DNA of 64,000 nucleotides from Pseudomonadota bacterium (GTDB lineage Bacteria > Pseudomonadota > Gammaproteobacteria > Burkholderiales > Rhodocyclaceae). The notes beneath the pieces are model-generated. The model had not been told where the DNA came from. It worked only from the letters and a program-made list of their open reading frames with translations, and ran no database searches. Positions within the stretch are counted from its first letter, which is position 1, and each line of letters opens with the position of its first letter. The stretch spans positions 22,171-86,170 of the forward strand of contig JBGFRW010000021.1 in the NCBI GenBank assembly GCA_041694935.1. Direction: 5' to 3'. Below, in pieces: positions 44,287-52,743 of this stretch. The translations under genes and the position numbers were made by a program.

Positions 44287-45581
44287 TGGCGGATATGTCT
44301 GGCCGCAGCCTGCAGGACTGGCTCGGCCATCTGGAAAGCCTGCACCCGCGCGGGCAGGCCGGCATCGAACTCGGGCTCGAACGCATCATACGGGTCAAGA
44401 CAGCGCTGGGACAGCGCCAGACCTGTCCGGTCATCACCGTCGGCGGCACCAACGGCAAAGGTTCGGCTTGTGCGATGCTAGAGCGCATCCTGCTGTGCGC
44501 AGGCTACCGTGTCGGCCTCTACACTTCCCCCCATCTGTTGAGCTACAACGAGCGAGTGCGTGTCAACGGCGCCGTCGTGAGCGATGAGGAATTGTGCTCG
44601 GCTTTTGAAAGGGTCGAGGGAGCGCGCAACGATGTGTCGCTGACCTATTTCGAATTCGGGACCCTCGCGGCGTGGGAGGTGTTTGCCGCGGCGGGGCTCG
44701 ACGCCATCATCCTCGAAGTCGGGCTCGGCGGACGCCTTGACGCGACGAATGCCTATGATGCCGATTGTGCAGTCGTCACGACGATCGGTCTCGACCATAT
44801 GGACTACCTTGGCCCGACGCGAGAAACGATCGGCCGCGAAAAGGCCGGCATCTGCCGGGCAGGCCGGCCACTGATCTGCGGCGACGACGATCCGCCGCAG
44901 TCGCTCGCAGAAGCATGCCGTGTCGCCGGCGCCGACTTTTGGCGCATCGGCCGTGATTTTGGCTTCGTGCGCCAAGAAGGTCAGTGGCAGTTCTGGACAA
45001 AGGGTGGCCGCAAGCTCGGCGGACTGGCCTTTCCTGCGTTGCGGGGGGGGTATCAGCTGAACAACGCGAGTTGTGCGCTGGCGGTGCTCGACGCCTTGCG
45101 CGAACGCCTGCCGGTCGCCGCGCAGGATGTTCGGCGCGGCCTCGCCGAGGTCGAGGTGGCGGGACGCTGCCAGGTGCTGCCGGGACGGCCACAGATTGTC
45201 CTCGACGTCGCCCACAACCCGCAGGCGGCAGCGGCGCTTGCGGCGAGCCTGGGCGACATGGGTTTCTCGCGCGCGACCTGGGCGGTGTTCGGCATGATGG
45301 CGGACAAGGACATCACGGGCGTCGTCGACGCGCTGCAATCCCGCATCGATCGCTGGCTGGCCTGCGACCTGCCCGGAACCCGTGCAGCCAGTGCCGAACA
45401 GCTTGCGGCGGTCATCGAAAAAGTCGGCGCTGGCAAGACGGCGCCGGTGTGCTTCGCTAGCCCCGCCGCAGCGCTTGCCTATGCTCAGGAGAACGCAGAG
45501 GCCGATGATAGAATCCTCGCCTTCGGATCGTTCCTGACGGTGGCGGACGTGATGCGTTCCCTGGGTCGCAAGGCTGGCTGA
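44286..45581 (+). CDS. folC: Bifunctional folylpolyglutamate synthase/dihydrofolate synthase
   Basis: P-loop VGGTNGKGS; Mur-ligase family. ATG 44286 overlaps the accD TGA (the ORF track begins at TTG 44283). Confidence 0.9.
   Translation: MADMSGRSLQDWLGHLESLHPRGQAGIELGLERIIRVKTALGQRQTCPVITVGGTNGKGSACAMLERILLCAGYRVGLYTSPHLLSYNERVRVNGAVVSDEELCSAFERVEGARNDVSLTYFEFGTLAAWEVFAAAGLDAIILEVGLGGRLDATNAYDADCAVVTTIGLDHMDYLGPTRETIGREKAGICRAGRPLICGDDDPPQSLAEACRVAGADFWRIGRDFGFVRQEGQWQFWTKGGRKLGGLAFPALRGGYQLNNASCALAVLDALRERLPVAAQDVRRGLAEVEVAGRCQVLPGRPQIVLDVAHNPQAAAALAASLGDMGFSRATWAVFGMMADKDITGVVDALQSRIDRWLACDLPGTRAASAEQLAAVIEKVGAGKTAPVCFASPAAALAYAQENAEADDRILAFGSFLTVADVMRSLGRKAG
44913..44940 (-). repeat. Dispersed repeat copy i (antisense within folC; read as CRVAGADFW)
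   Basis: Reverse complement AAAAGTCGGCGCCGGCGACACGGCATGC. It shares the GCGACACGG variant with copy c. Confidence 0.6.
45417..45445 (+). repeat. Dispersed repeat copy f (sense, in folC; EKVGAGKTAP)
   Basis: GAAAAAGTCGGCGCTGGCAAGACGGCGCC. Confidence 0.85.
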
Positions 45582-45591
45582 TAGGCTGCAG

Positions 45592-46317
45592 ATGGCACAA
45601 CAAGACAAGCGCGGTGAAAATCCGGCTGACGAACTGGCTGACGAGAATACGCTGCTGAAGAAGCGCGCCCGACGCCGGCTGATCGGCGCGGCGGCGTTGG
45701 CCCTGCTTGCCGCAATCGTGCTGCCGATGGTCATGGATCATCAGCCGGCGCCGCCGATCCGGGACATTCAGGTGCGCATCCCCAGCCCGGAAGAAGGCGC
45801 CAAACAGCGTCTTGCAGCAGTTCCAGCGCCTGCACAGCCTGCCGCAACTCGCAAGGAAGAAAAGGCTGCCGAGCCGGCCCCGTCGGCCGATGTTTCCAGC
45901 CACGCGGCAAAAGCGGAAAAGAAAGCCGAGCCGAAGGTCGAGGTAAAACCCGAACCTAAAACGGAATCCAAGCCGGAATCGAAGCCAGAATCCAAGCCGG
46001 CGGTAGAGAAGCCCGTCGCCGAAAAACGTACTGTCCAAGAGACGGTACGTGCCCAGGAAGCTCTCGAAGGCAAGTCGGCGGCCGGCGAAGCCTGGGAAGT
46101 GCAACTGGGTGCCTACCAAAACCCGGTCAGCGTGACCAACCTCGTTGGGAAGCTCAAGCAGCTTGGCATTCCTACTTATACCGAGAAGATCGAAACCCCG
46201 AGCGGTCCGCGCACGCGCGTGCGTGCCGGTCCGTTCCCGAGCCAGGAAGCCGCGGAGAAGGCGCGTCAGCGCGTGAAGATCGTGGGCGTCGATGGTCCGG
46301 TGGCGAAGAAACCATGA
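45592..46317 (+). CDS. dedD: SPOR-domain cell-division protein (DedD-like)
   Basis: 241 aa with one TM, a Lys/Pro/Glu-rich repeat linker (ESKPESKPESKP) and a C-terminal SPOR domain (WEVQLGAYQNPVSVTNLVGKLKQLGIP...RVRAGPFPSQEAAEKA). Confidence 0.8.
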   Translation: MAQQDKRGENPADELADENTLLKKRARRRLIGAAALALLAAIVLPMVMDHQPAPPIRDIQVRIPSPEEGAKQRLAAVPAPAQPAATRKEEKAAEPAPSADVSSHAAKAEKKAEPKVEVKPEPKTESKPESKPESKPAVEKPVAEKRTVQETVRAQEALEGKSAAGEAWEVQLGAYQNPVSVTNLVGKLKQLGIPTYTEKIETPSGPRTRVRAGPFPSQEAAEKARQRVKIVGVDGPVAKKP

Positions 46318-46335
46318 CGGAGCTACACGACGACC

Positions 46336-46827
46336 GTGACGATGTTCGACTATGCGGTGCTGGCAGTGATCGCACTTTCCCTCTTGATCGGGGGCTGGCG
46401 CGGTGTGGTGAGCGAGATATTGGCCCTGGCCGCCTGGGTGGCGGCATTCTTTGCATCTCGCGCCTGGGGCGTGGAGGCGGGGGGCATTGTGGCGACTGGA
46501 CTTGCCGACCCGCTGTGGAGGTTAGTGGCGGGCTTCGCGACGGTCTTTATCGCAGTGCTCATCCTGTTCGCACTGGGGCGCTGGCTCGCTTCGTTGCTGC
46601 TGAAGGCAGTGGGACTGAGGCCGCTGGATCGCATGCTGGGAGCAGCCTTCGGCATCGTGCGCGGCGTGCTGGTGGTATGGGTGCTTGTCCTGCTGGCAGG
46701 GCTGACCGCCTTGCCGCAGCAGGCGTGGTGGCGGCAGGCCATGCTGGCGCCGCCGCTCGAGACGTCGGTGGTGGCGGCCAAACCCTGGCTGCCGCCCGAC
46801 TTGGCAAAACGGATTCGCTACCGATAG
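46336..46827 (+). CDS. cvpA: Colicin V production membrane protein CvpA
   Basis: 163 aa with four hydrophobic segments. Lies in the folC-dedD-cvpA-purF synteny. The start may be GTG 46336 or ATG 46342 (MFDYAVLAVIAL). Confidence 0.85.
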   Translation: MTMFDYAVLAVIALSLLIGGWRGVVSEILALAAWVAAFFASRAWGVEAGGIVATGLADPLWRLVAGFATVFIAVLILFALGRWLASLLLKAVGLRPLDRMLGAAFGIVRGVLVVWVLVLLAGLTALPQQAWWRQAMLAPPLETSVVAAKPWLPPDLAKRIRYR

Positions 46828-46836
46828 GGTGATCAG

Positions 46837-48351
46837 ATGTGCGGGATCTTGGGCGTGGTAGGTACCGCGCCGGTAAATCAGTTGCTTTACGACGGACTAC
46901 AGGTGCTCCAGCACCGTGGTCAGGATGCCGCCGGCATCGCTACCGCCGCGGGCGGCCGTTTCCACATGCATAAGGGCCCCGGCCTGGTGCGCGACGTCTT
47001 CCGGACGCGCAACATGCGCAATCTGATCGGCAACTGGGGCATCGGGCACTGCCGCTACCCGACCGCAGGCTCCGCCTACAACGCCGCCGAGGCCCAGCCG
47101 TTCTATGTGAATTCGCCGTTCGGCCTGATGCTCGCACACAACGGCAACCTCACCAATTCCGAGCAGCTCAAGCGCGACATGTTCCTGCAGGATCTGCGGC
47201 ATATGAACACCAACTCGGATTCCGAGGTGCTGCTCAACGTGCTGGCCCACGAACTGCAGGCGGCGTCCACGAAATACCAGGTTGATGCCGAAACCATCTT
47301 CAAGGCGGTCGCCGGAGTGCACCGCCGCGTCAGGGGTGCCTATGCCGTGGTGGCGATGATCGCCGGCTACGGCTTGCTGGCCTTCCGCGATCCCTACGGC
47401 ATCCGTCCGCTGGTGGTTGGTCGCAACGAGACGCCGCAGGGCATGGAGTACCTGGTGGCTTCCGAAAGCGTCACCATCGACACGCTCGGCTTTAAGTTCC
47501 TGCGCGACGTCGAGCCGGGCGAGGCGGTGCTGATCGACACGCAGGGCAACTTCGTCAGCCGCCAGTGCGCCGAGCAGACCATGCATGCGCCCTGCATGTT
47601 CGAGTACGTCTATCTGGCGCGTCCCGATTCGCTGATCGACGGCATTTCGGTGTATGAGGCACGCGTCAAGATGGGCGAGTTCCTCGCCAACAAGATCCGC
47701 CATACGATGCCGCACCTCGCGATCGACGCGGTGATTCCGATCCCGGACTCAAGCCGGCCGGCGGCTCTGGAGCTCGCCTCGCAATTGAACGTTCCCTACC
47801 GCGAGGGTTTCGTCAAGAACCGCTACATCGGCCGCACCTTCATCATGCCCGGACAGGCTTCGCGCAAGAAGTCGGTGCGCCAGAAACTTAACGCCATCTC
47901 TCAGGAATTCAAGGGCAAGAACGTGCTGCTGGTCGACGATTCGATCGTGCGCGGCACGACGAGCAAGGAAATCATCCAGATGGCGCGTGAGGCGGGTGCG
48001 AAGAAAGTGTATTTCGCCTCGGCCAGTCCACCGGTGCGCTTCGCCAACGTCTATGGCATCGACATGCCGACGCGCGCCGAGTTGATCGCCGCGCATCGCA
48101 ACGACGAGGAGATTCGCCGCGAGATTGGTGCCGATGCGTTGATCTACCAAGATCTCGACGCGCTGAAACAGGCGATGCACGCCGTCAATCCTGCATTGAC
48201 CCAGTTCGATACTTCCTGCTTCGATGGCCGCTACATCACCGGCGACGTCAGTGACGCCTATCTCGCCAGCGTCGAGAGCGAGCGCAGCAAACCGAGCAAG
48301 GACGACGGCGAGGGCGGCCAGATGGATCTCAACCTCGTCGCTTCCGATTGA
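46837..48351 (+). CDS. purF: Amidophosphoribosyltransferase
   Basis: 504 aa: MCGILGVVG (N-terminal Cys nucleophile)...[10 protein letters not shown]. Confidence 0.95.
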   Translation: MCGILGVVGTAPVNQLLYDGLQVLQHRGQDAAGIATAAGGRFHMHKGPGLVRDVFRTRNMRNLIGNWGIGHCRYPTAGSAYNAAEAQPFYVNSPFGLMLAHNGNLTNSEQLKRDMFLQDLRHMNTNSDSEVLLNVLAHELQAASTKYQVDAETIFKAVAGVHRRVRGAYAVVAMIAGYGLLAFRDPYGIRPLVVGRNETPQGMEYLVASESVTIDTLGFKFLRDVEPGEAVLIDTQGNFVSRQCAEQTMHAPCMFEYVYLARPDSLIDGISVYEARVKMGEFLANKIRHTMPHLAIDAVIPIPDSSRPAALELASQLNVPYREGFVKNRYIGRTFIMPGQASRKKSVRQKLNAISQEFKGKNVLLVDDSIVRGTTSKEIIQMAREAGAKKVYFASASPPVRFANVYGIDMPTRAELIAAHRNDEEIRREIGADALIYQDLDALKQAMHAVNPALTQFDTSCFDGRYITGDVSDAYLASVESERSKPSKDDGEGGQMDLNLVASD

Positions 48352-48404
48352 CCGATAGGACGGATGGATTGACGCGGACCAACGGTCCGTGTAGCTTATC
48401 TGTT

Positions 48405-48454
48405 GCGCCGATTTGAGTTCAGCTTGCGGGCGCTTAACAAATCCAGCTAAAGCG
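48405..48454 (+). ncRNA. Candidate SAM-II-like (metA-element) riboswitch aptamer in the metZ leader
   Basis: GCGCC-GAUUUGAGUUCAGCUUGCG-GGCGC-UUAACAAAUCCAGCUAAAGCG. The P1 stem GCGCC/GGCGC encloses a loop with GAUUU and GCUUG. A 3' tail AAAGC can pair with loop GCUU to form a pseudoknot. These are hallmarks I recall for SAM-II, and the element sits upstream of a methionine-biosynthesis gene. Confidence 0.4.
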
Positions 48455-48466
48455 AACGAGGCAGGA

Positions 48467-48505
48467 AGCCCGGTTCGCGCAAGCTGACTGGGCTTTTTGC
48501 TTTTT
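48467..48505 (+). terminator. Intrinsic terminator/attenuator in the purF-metZ spacer
   Basis: AGCCCGG-(14-nt loop)-CTGGGCT is a 7-bp stem including one G-U pair, followed by TTTTTGCTTTTT. It lies 11 nt upstream of the metZ ATG. Confidence 0.6.
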
Positions 48506-48515
48506 GGAGATTGCG

Positions 48516-49691
48516 ATGGACGACAAGTTTCAGTTGGATACCCTGGCGGTTCGTGCCGGGCAGGAGCGTAGCCAGTTCGGCGAACACAGCGAGGCGCTTT
48601 ACCTGACCTCTAGCTACGTCTTCGAGAGCGCGGCCCAGGCAGCGGCGCGCTTCTCAGGTGTGGAGGCGGGCAACGTCTATTCGCGCTTTACCAATCCCAC
48701 CGTCACGATGTTCCAAGAACGGCTCGCCGCGCTTGAGGGCGCGGAGGCCTGTATCGCCACGGCTAGCGGCATGGCGGCGATTATGTCGACGGCCATGGGC
48801 TTGCTCAGCGCCGGTGATCATATTGTTGCCGCACGCGGCATCTTCGGGGCGACGCAGCAGCTGTTCGGCAACATCCTGCCGCGCTTCGGCATCGAGACGA
48901 GCTTCGTCATCGGCAGTGATCCAGCTGCCTATCGGGAGGCCATGCGACCGAATACCAAGCTTTTGTTCATTGAAACGCCCTCGAATCCGCTGACCGAGGT
49001 CTACGACATCGCTGCGCTGGCTGCCGTCGCCCATGAGGCGGGGGCACTGTTGGTTGTCGACAACTGTTTCTGCTCGCCGGCGCTACAACTGCCCTTGCGA
49101 TTCGGCGCCGATCTCGTCGTGCATTCGGCGACCAAATACCTCGATGGTCAGGGGCGCGTGCTTGGCGGTGCGGTCTGCGGTGGTAAGGCGCTCGTCGAGA
49201 AAGTTTTCCTGTTCCTGCGCACGGCAGGGCCGACGCTGTCGCCCTTCAACGCTTGGATCATCCTCAAGGGACTCGAAACGCTGAAGATCCGCATGCAGGC
49301 GCAGTCGGCTAACGCTCTCGAACTGGCTCGCCGCCTCGAGGCTCATCCTAAGGTGGCACGCGTCTTCTATCCCGGCCTACCATCGCATCCTCAGCATGCA
49401 CTCGCGATGCGTCAGCAGGAGACAGGGGGCGCGATCGTCGCCTTCGAAGTGAAGGGGGGGCGGGAGTCAGCCTGGCGTGTGGTGGACAACTGCAGGCTCC
49501 TATCGATCACCGCGAACCTGGGCGACACCAAGACCACCATCACCCATCCGGCCAGCACCACGCACGGTCGTATCACACCGGAGGCGCGTGCCGAGGCGGG
49601 AATCACGGAAGGATTGCTGCGCATTGCCGTCGGTCTCGAGGCGATCGAGGATATCGAAGCCGATCTGCGGCACGGACTTTCCGACGCCTAG
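48516..49691 (+). CDS. metZ: O-succinylhomoserine sulfhydrylase (Cys/Met-metabolism PLP enzyme)
   Basis: ATG 48516 with GGAGA at 48506-10. PLP-lysine context HSATKYLDGQG. Follows purF as in Pseudomonas and betaproteobacteria. The exact family member (MetZ vs MetB/MetY) is inferred from synteny. Confidence 0.8.
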   Translation: MDDKFQLDTLAVRAGQERSQFGEHSEALYLTSSYVFESAAQAAARFSGVEAGNVYSRFTNPTVTMFQERLAALEGAEACIATASGMAAIMSTAMGLLSAGDHIVAARGIFGATQQLFGNILPRFGIETSFVIGSDPAAYREAMRPNTKLLFIETPSNPLTEVYDIAALAAVAHEAGALLVVDNCFCSPALQLPLRFGADLVVHSATKYLDGQGRVLGGAVCGGKALVEKVFLFLRTAGPTLSPFNAWIILKGLETLKIRMQAQSANALELARRLEAHPKVARVFYPGLPSHPQHALAMRQQETGGAIVAFEVKGGRESAWRVVDNCRLLSITANLGDTKTTITHPASTTHGRITPEARAEAGITEGLLRIAVGLEAIEDIEADLRHGLSDA

Positions 49692-52606
49692 CTTTCCAGG
49701 TAGCTGCGCAATTCGGTCGCGACCGCTTCATATTCGGTGCGCAGCGCGGCAATGGCGGTCTCTGCACCAGCGAGCTTGCCTTCTGCGGCGTCCTGCTCGA
49801 GCATGCGAGCCATGGCCGACAGGTGCATCGCCCCGTAGGTCGCTGCAGAAGACTTGAGGCTGTGCGCATGGCGGCGAAGCGTGGGCGCATCGTTTGCAGT
49901 CAGAGCGCTGGTCATCTCGTCGAATAGCGGCGGAGTCGATTCAAGGAAGACATCGATCAGCGAGGCGAAGTCGCTGCCGAACTGAGTACGGAAATTGTCC
50001 AGCGGCTTGCGGTCGAGGTGCGTTTCGGCGGAGCTTGAGTGAGCCTCCTTGCTTGATGCGCCGCCAGTGCTGGCAGCTGGAACTGTGGGTAGTGGCAGGG
50101 TGAACCAGAAAGTCGAGCCTCTGCCGACGGCACTTTCGGCATCCATGGTCCCGCCCATCAGCTCGACAAGACGCTTGGAGATGGTTAGCCCGATCCCTGT
50201 CCCGCCGACCTTGCGAGTATTGCTCGTATCGCCCTGCGAGAAAGGTTGGAACAGTAGGTCCAGTTTCTCCCGCTCGATGCCGACTCCGGTGTCACGCACT
50301 GCAATGCGAAGCTGCGGCGTTCCGTCCACTTTATTTCCGACGTTCTTGACATCGACTTCGATATGCCCCGCGTCGGTGAATTTGACGGCGTTGCCAAGGA
50401 GGTTGAGCAGAACCTGTCGGATGCGTCCTGCGTCACCGATGACCAAACGCGGGCAATCGGAGGCATAGTGCATGCGCAATTCCAGTCCCTTTTCCGCAGC
50501 ACGTGCCGCCATCAGACCGATGATTTCTGACACGCTTCCCTCAAGGTCGAACGTGGCAGAAAGAATCTCCATATGGCCGGCGTCGAGATTCGAGAAGTCG
50601 AGGATGTCGTTGAGGATGGTCAGGAGAGCGCTGCCGGATTTCATGAGGGTCTGGGCATACTCTTCCTGTTCCTGAGAGAGTCCGGATTGGGAAAGGATCT
50701 GCGCCATGCCGAGAATGCCATTCAATGGCGTGCGAATTTCATGACTCATGGTGGCAAGGAAATCGCTCTTGGCGCGCTCTCCGGCCTCGGCGCTCAGGCG
50801 TGCCTCTTCGAGAGCTGCGCGGGACTGGCGAGCCGCGATGCCTAGGGCGAGAATGTCCGCTACCTGAGACAGGAATTCGCGTTCGCCGCCTTTTTCTTCG
50901 TAGTCGTGCGGCAGATAAAGCACCAGTACGCCAAGCAAGGCTTCGCCGTGAAGGATCGGCAGGTTGTAGTGGCCGTGCGGCGCCATGTCATCAAAGGAAA
51001 TATCGTGACGCTCGTCGAGGCAGCGGGCGAACTGGATCTTACGGGTCGCCGCGGCACGGCCGCAGAGGCACTTCCCGTGCGGCACACGGGCGCAGAGAGT
51101 CAGCAGCGGTGCAGAAAGATTGCGTTCGGCGGCCAGTATCAACTCCGGTGCCGTCCCGCTAGTGCCTACCTTTTCGAGAAAGATTGCTCCCTTGGGCAAA
51201 AGCGTCAACCAAGGAACGCTATCGAGCAGGGTATCGATGCTCAGTTGCAGGTATTCAGGCATCGGCATCGGTTGCAGCGATAGACGCAGCAGCGCGGCAA
51301 GGGTGCGCGCCTGCTTGGCGTCGAGCTCGGCGACTGCCTTGGCTTCGATCAGCACTTGGCTTGCACGGCTATCCGCTTCCAGGTTAGTGCGGGCGCGCAC
51401 GTCGTTGCGCATGTGTTCAAAGGCGCGGGCAAGTGTGCCGATTTCGTTCGCTTCCCCGGTCGGCAAGGGAAGGTCACGGCCCGACTCGGCAAATGCCCGC
51501 ACTGAGGCAGTCATGCGGCGCAGAGGACTGGTCAGTGTCGCGGCGGCAAGGAAAGCGAGAGGAATAGCGGCGAGGGCAACGACATAGAGCATCGGCAATA
51601 GGGCTGCGCTCGCTGCCTTCGCGCTGGCCTGGGCGCTGGCGTAGGTCTCGGTGACGGCAACCGTGATGTAGCGTTGTGTTTGGCGGCTATCGAAAGGCAG
51701 GCGAACCACGCCGGCGATGACTTCGCGTCCGCTGCTTTCCTTGTCATGGACACTGAATGCATCCTGATTGAGGAAATCAATCTCGCGGTGCACTGCCGGC
51801 AAGAGGGTGGGTAACTCGGGATCTGCCGCATTGCCGGGGAACTCGAATCCGTAGCTGCAGGTGATGGAAGGCGGAGCCGTCAGGCAATAGCCGTCGGAGT
51901 TGAATAGATAGAGCGACTGCCCCTCGCGCAAGCTACCACGCATGATGCCGAGCACTTTTGCAAGGTCGAGTTGCAGCACCAAGATGCCCAGAGATTCCCC
52001 CTTGGCATCGTGCAGCGGGGCAAGCGCATGGATAACGGGCTGAAATGGCTCGAGGATGTTGCCGTTCTTTCGTTTCAGTTGGGTTGCACTCAGGTAGGTC
52101 TGTCCGGATGACAAGCCACGGCCGATACGATACAGGGAGCTGTCGGCGAAACTTTCTTGGAGATCGGAGTCATCAGCGGATGGTGGCTGGCCTTGCTTGG
52201 CGCGAACCAGCACCCGGCCGGGTTGGACGGTGCTGACCAAGAAGGCCTCAGCATAGTTCGTGTTGCTGAGCAGAAAGGTAACGAGATCGTTGTGTGCCCG
52301 CTCGCGTGAGGTATCTCTACTACGCGTGTCTGCGAGCGCAAGCAGTGAAGGAAAAGAAGCCATCGTGACCGCGTCGTGGCGCAGGTGCTCGAGGATGTTG
52401 ATGCGCAGATGCTCCGCCAAACCATGCACTGCATTGACGAGGGCGTGGCGCTCGGTTCTTTCCAATTGTTGGCCGAACTCCCGCTGGGCTAGGTGGGCGG
52501 TCAGGCCGATGAGAACCAGTACCAGCAGCACGATGCCCAGTGTGATCCGTGCAGTGAGGCTGCGGGGAAAGAGAGCAATACCGGAAGGACTTGCCGAGCG
52601 TGTCAT
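49688..52606 (-). CDS. Membrane sensor histidine kinase (periplasmic domain-HAMP-GAF-HisKA-HATPase-Hpt, no receiver)
   Basis: 972 aa. H-box SDFLATMSHEIRTPLNG, N/G boxes (LLNLLGNAVKFT, DTGVGI, GGTGIGL), a GAF-like region, and a C-terminal Hpt (RRHAHSLKSSAATYG). Confidence 0.9.
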   Translation of the reverse strand: MTRSASPSGIALFPRSLTARITLGIVLLVLVLIGLTAHLAQREFGQQLERTERHALVNAVHGLAEHLRINILEHLRHDAVTMASFPSLLALADTRSRDTSRERAHNDLVTFLLSNTNYAEAFLVSTVQPGRVLVRAKQGQPPSADDSDLQESFADSSLYRIGRGLSSGQTYLSATQLKRKNGNILEPFQPVIHALAPLHDAKGESLGILVLQLDLAKVLGIMRGSLREGQSLYLFNSDGYCLTAPPSITCSYGFEFPGNAADPELPTLLPAVHREIDFLNQDAFSVHDKESSGREVIAGVVRLPFDSRQTQRYITVAVTETYASAQASAKAASAALLPMLYVVALAAIPLAFLAAATLTSPLRRMTASVRAFAESGRDLPLPTGEANEIGTLARAFEHMRNDVRARTNLEADSRASQVLIEAKAVAELDAKQARTLAALLRLSLQPMPMPEYLQLSIDTLLDSVPWLTLLPKGAIFLEKVGTSGTAPELILAAERNLSAPLLTLCARVPHGKCLCGRAAATRKIQFARCLDERHDISFDDMAPHGHYNLPILHGEALLGVLVLYLPHDYEEKGGEREFLSQVADILALGIAARQSRAALEEARLSAEAGERAKSDFLATMSHEIRTPLNGILGMAQILSQSGLSQEQEEYAQTLMKSGSALLTILNDILDFSNLDAGHMEILSATFDLEGSVSEIIGLMAARAAEKGLELRMHYASDCPRLVIGDAGRIRQVLLNLLGNAVKFTDAGHIEVDVKNVGNKVDGTPQLRIAVRDTGVGIEREKLDLLFQPFSQGDTSNTRKVGGTGIGLTISKRLVELMGGTMDAESAVGRGSTFWFTLPLPTVPAASTGGASSKEAHSSSAETHLDRKPLDNFRTQFGSDFASLIDVFLESTPPLFDEMTSALTANDAPTLRRHAHSLKSSAATYGAMHLSAMARMLEQDAAEGKLAGAETAIAALRTEYEAVATELRSYLES
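51147..51175 (-). repeat. Dispersed repeat copy g (diverged; sense in histidine kinase GAF region; EKVGTSGTAP)
   Basis: Reverse complement GAAAAGGTAGGCACTAGCGGGACGGCACC. Confidence 0.65.
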
Positions 52607-52743
52607 CCTGTTTTCGAACGCGTCACCCTAGCGGCGATGTTAGCAGGATTGTCGGCAGGATCGCCGTGGGTCGCAAGAGGGCAGTTTTCTCGAACTGCTA
52701 AAATCCCAAGACTTAGCATATATCCGACAGGCAGCATTAACCG

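Noticed and set aside
45423-45440. GAGKT string created by repeat copy f in FolC as a second nucleotide-binding P-loop.
   Set aside because: The variable codon happens to be AAG in this copy only. Other copies have G/D/V/R at this position. The genuine Mur-ligase P-loop is near the N-terminus.
48372-48392. Hairpin ACGCGGACC-AAC-GGTCCGTGT just after purF as the purF terminator.
   Set aside because: The stem is good but no U-tract follows (GTAGCTTATC). The U-rich terminator at 48467-48505 is the more credible 3' signal.
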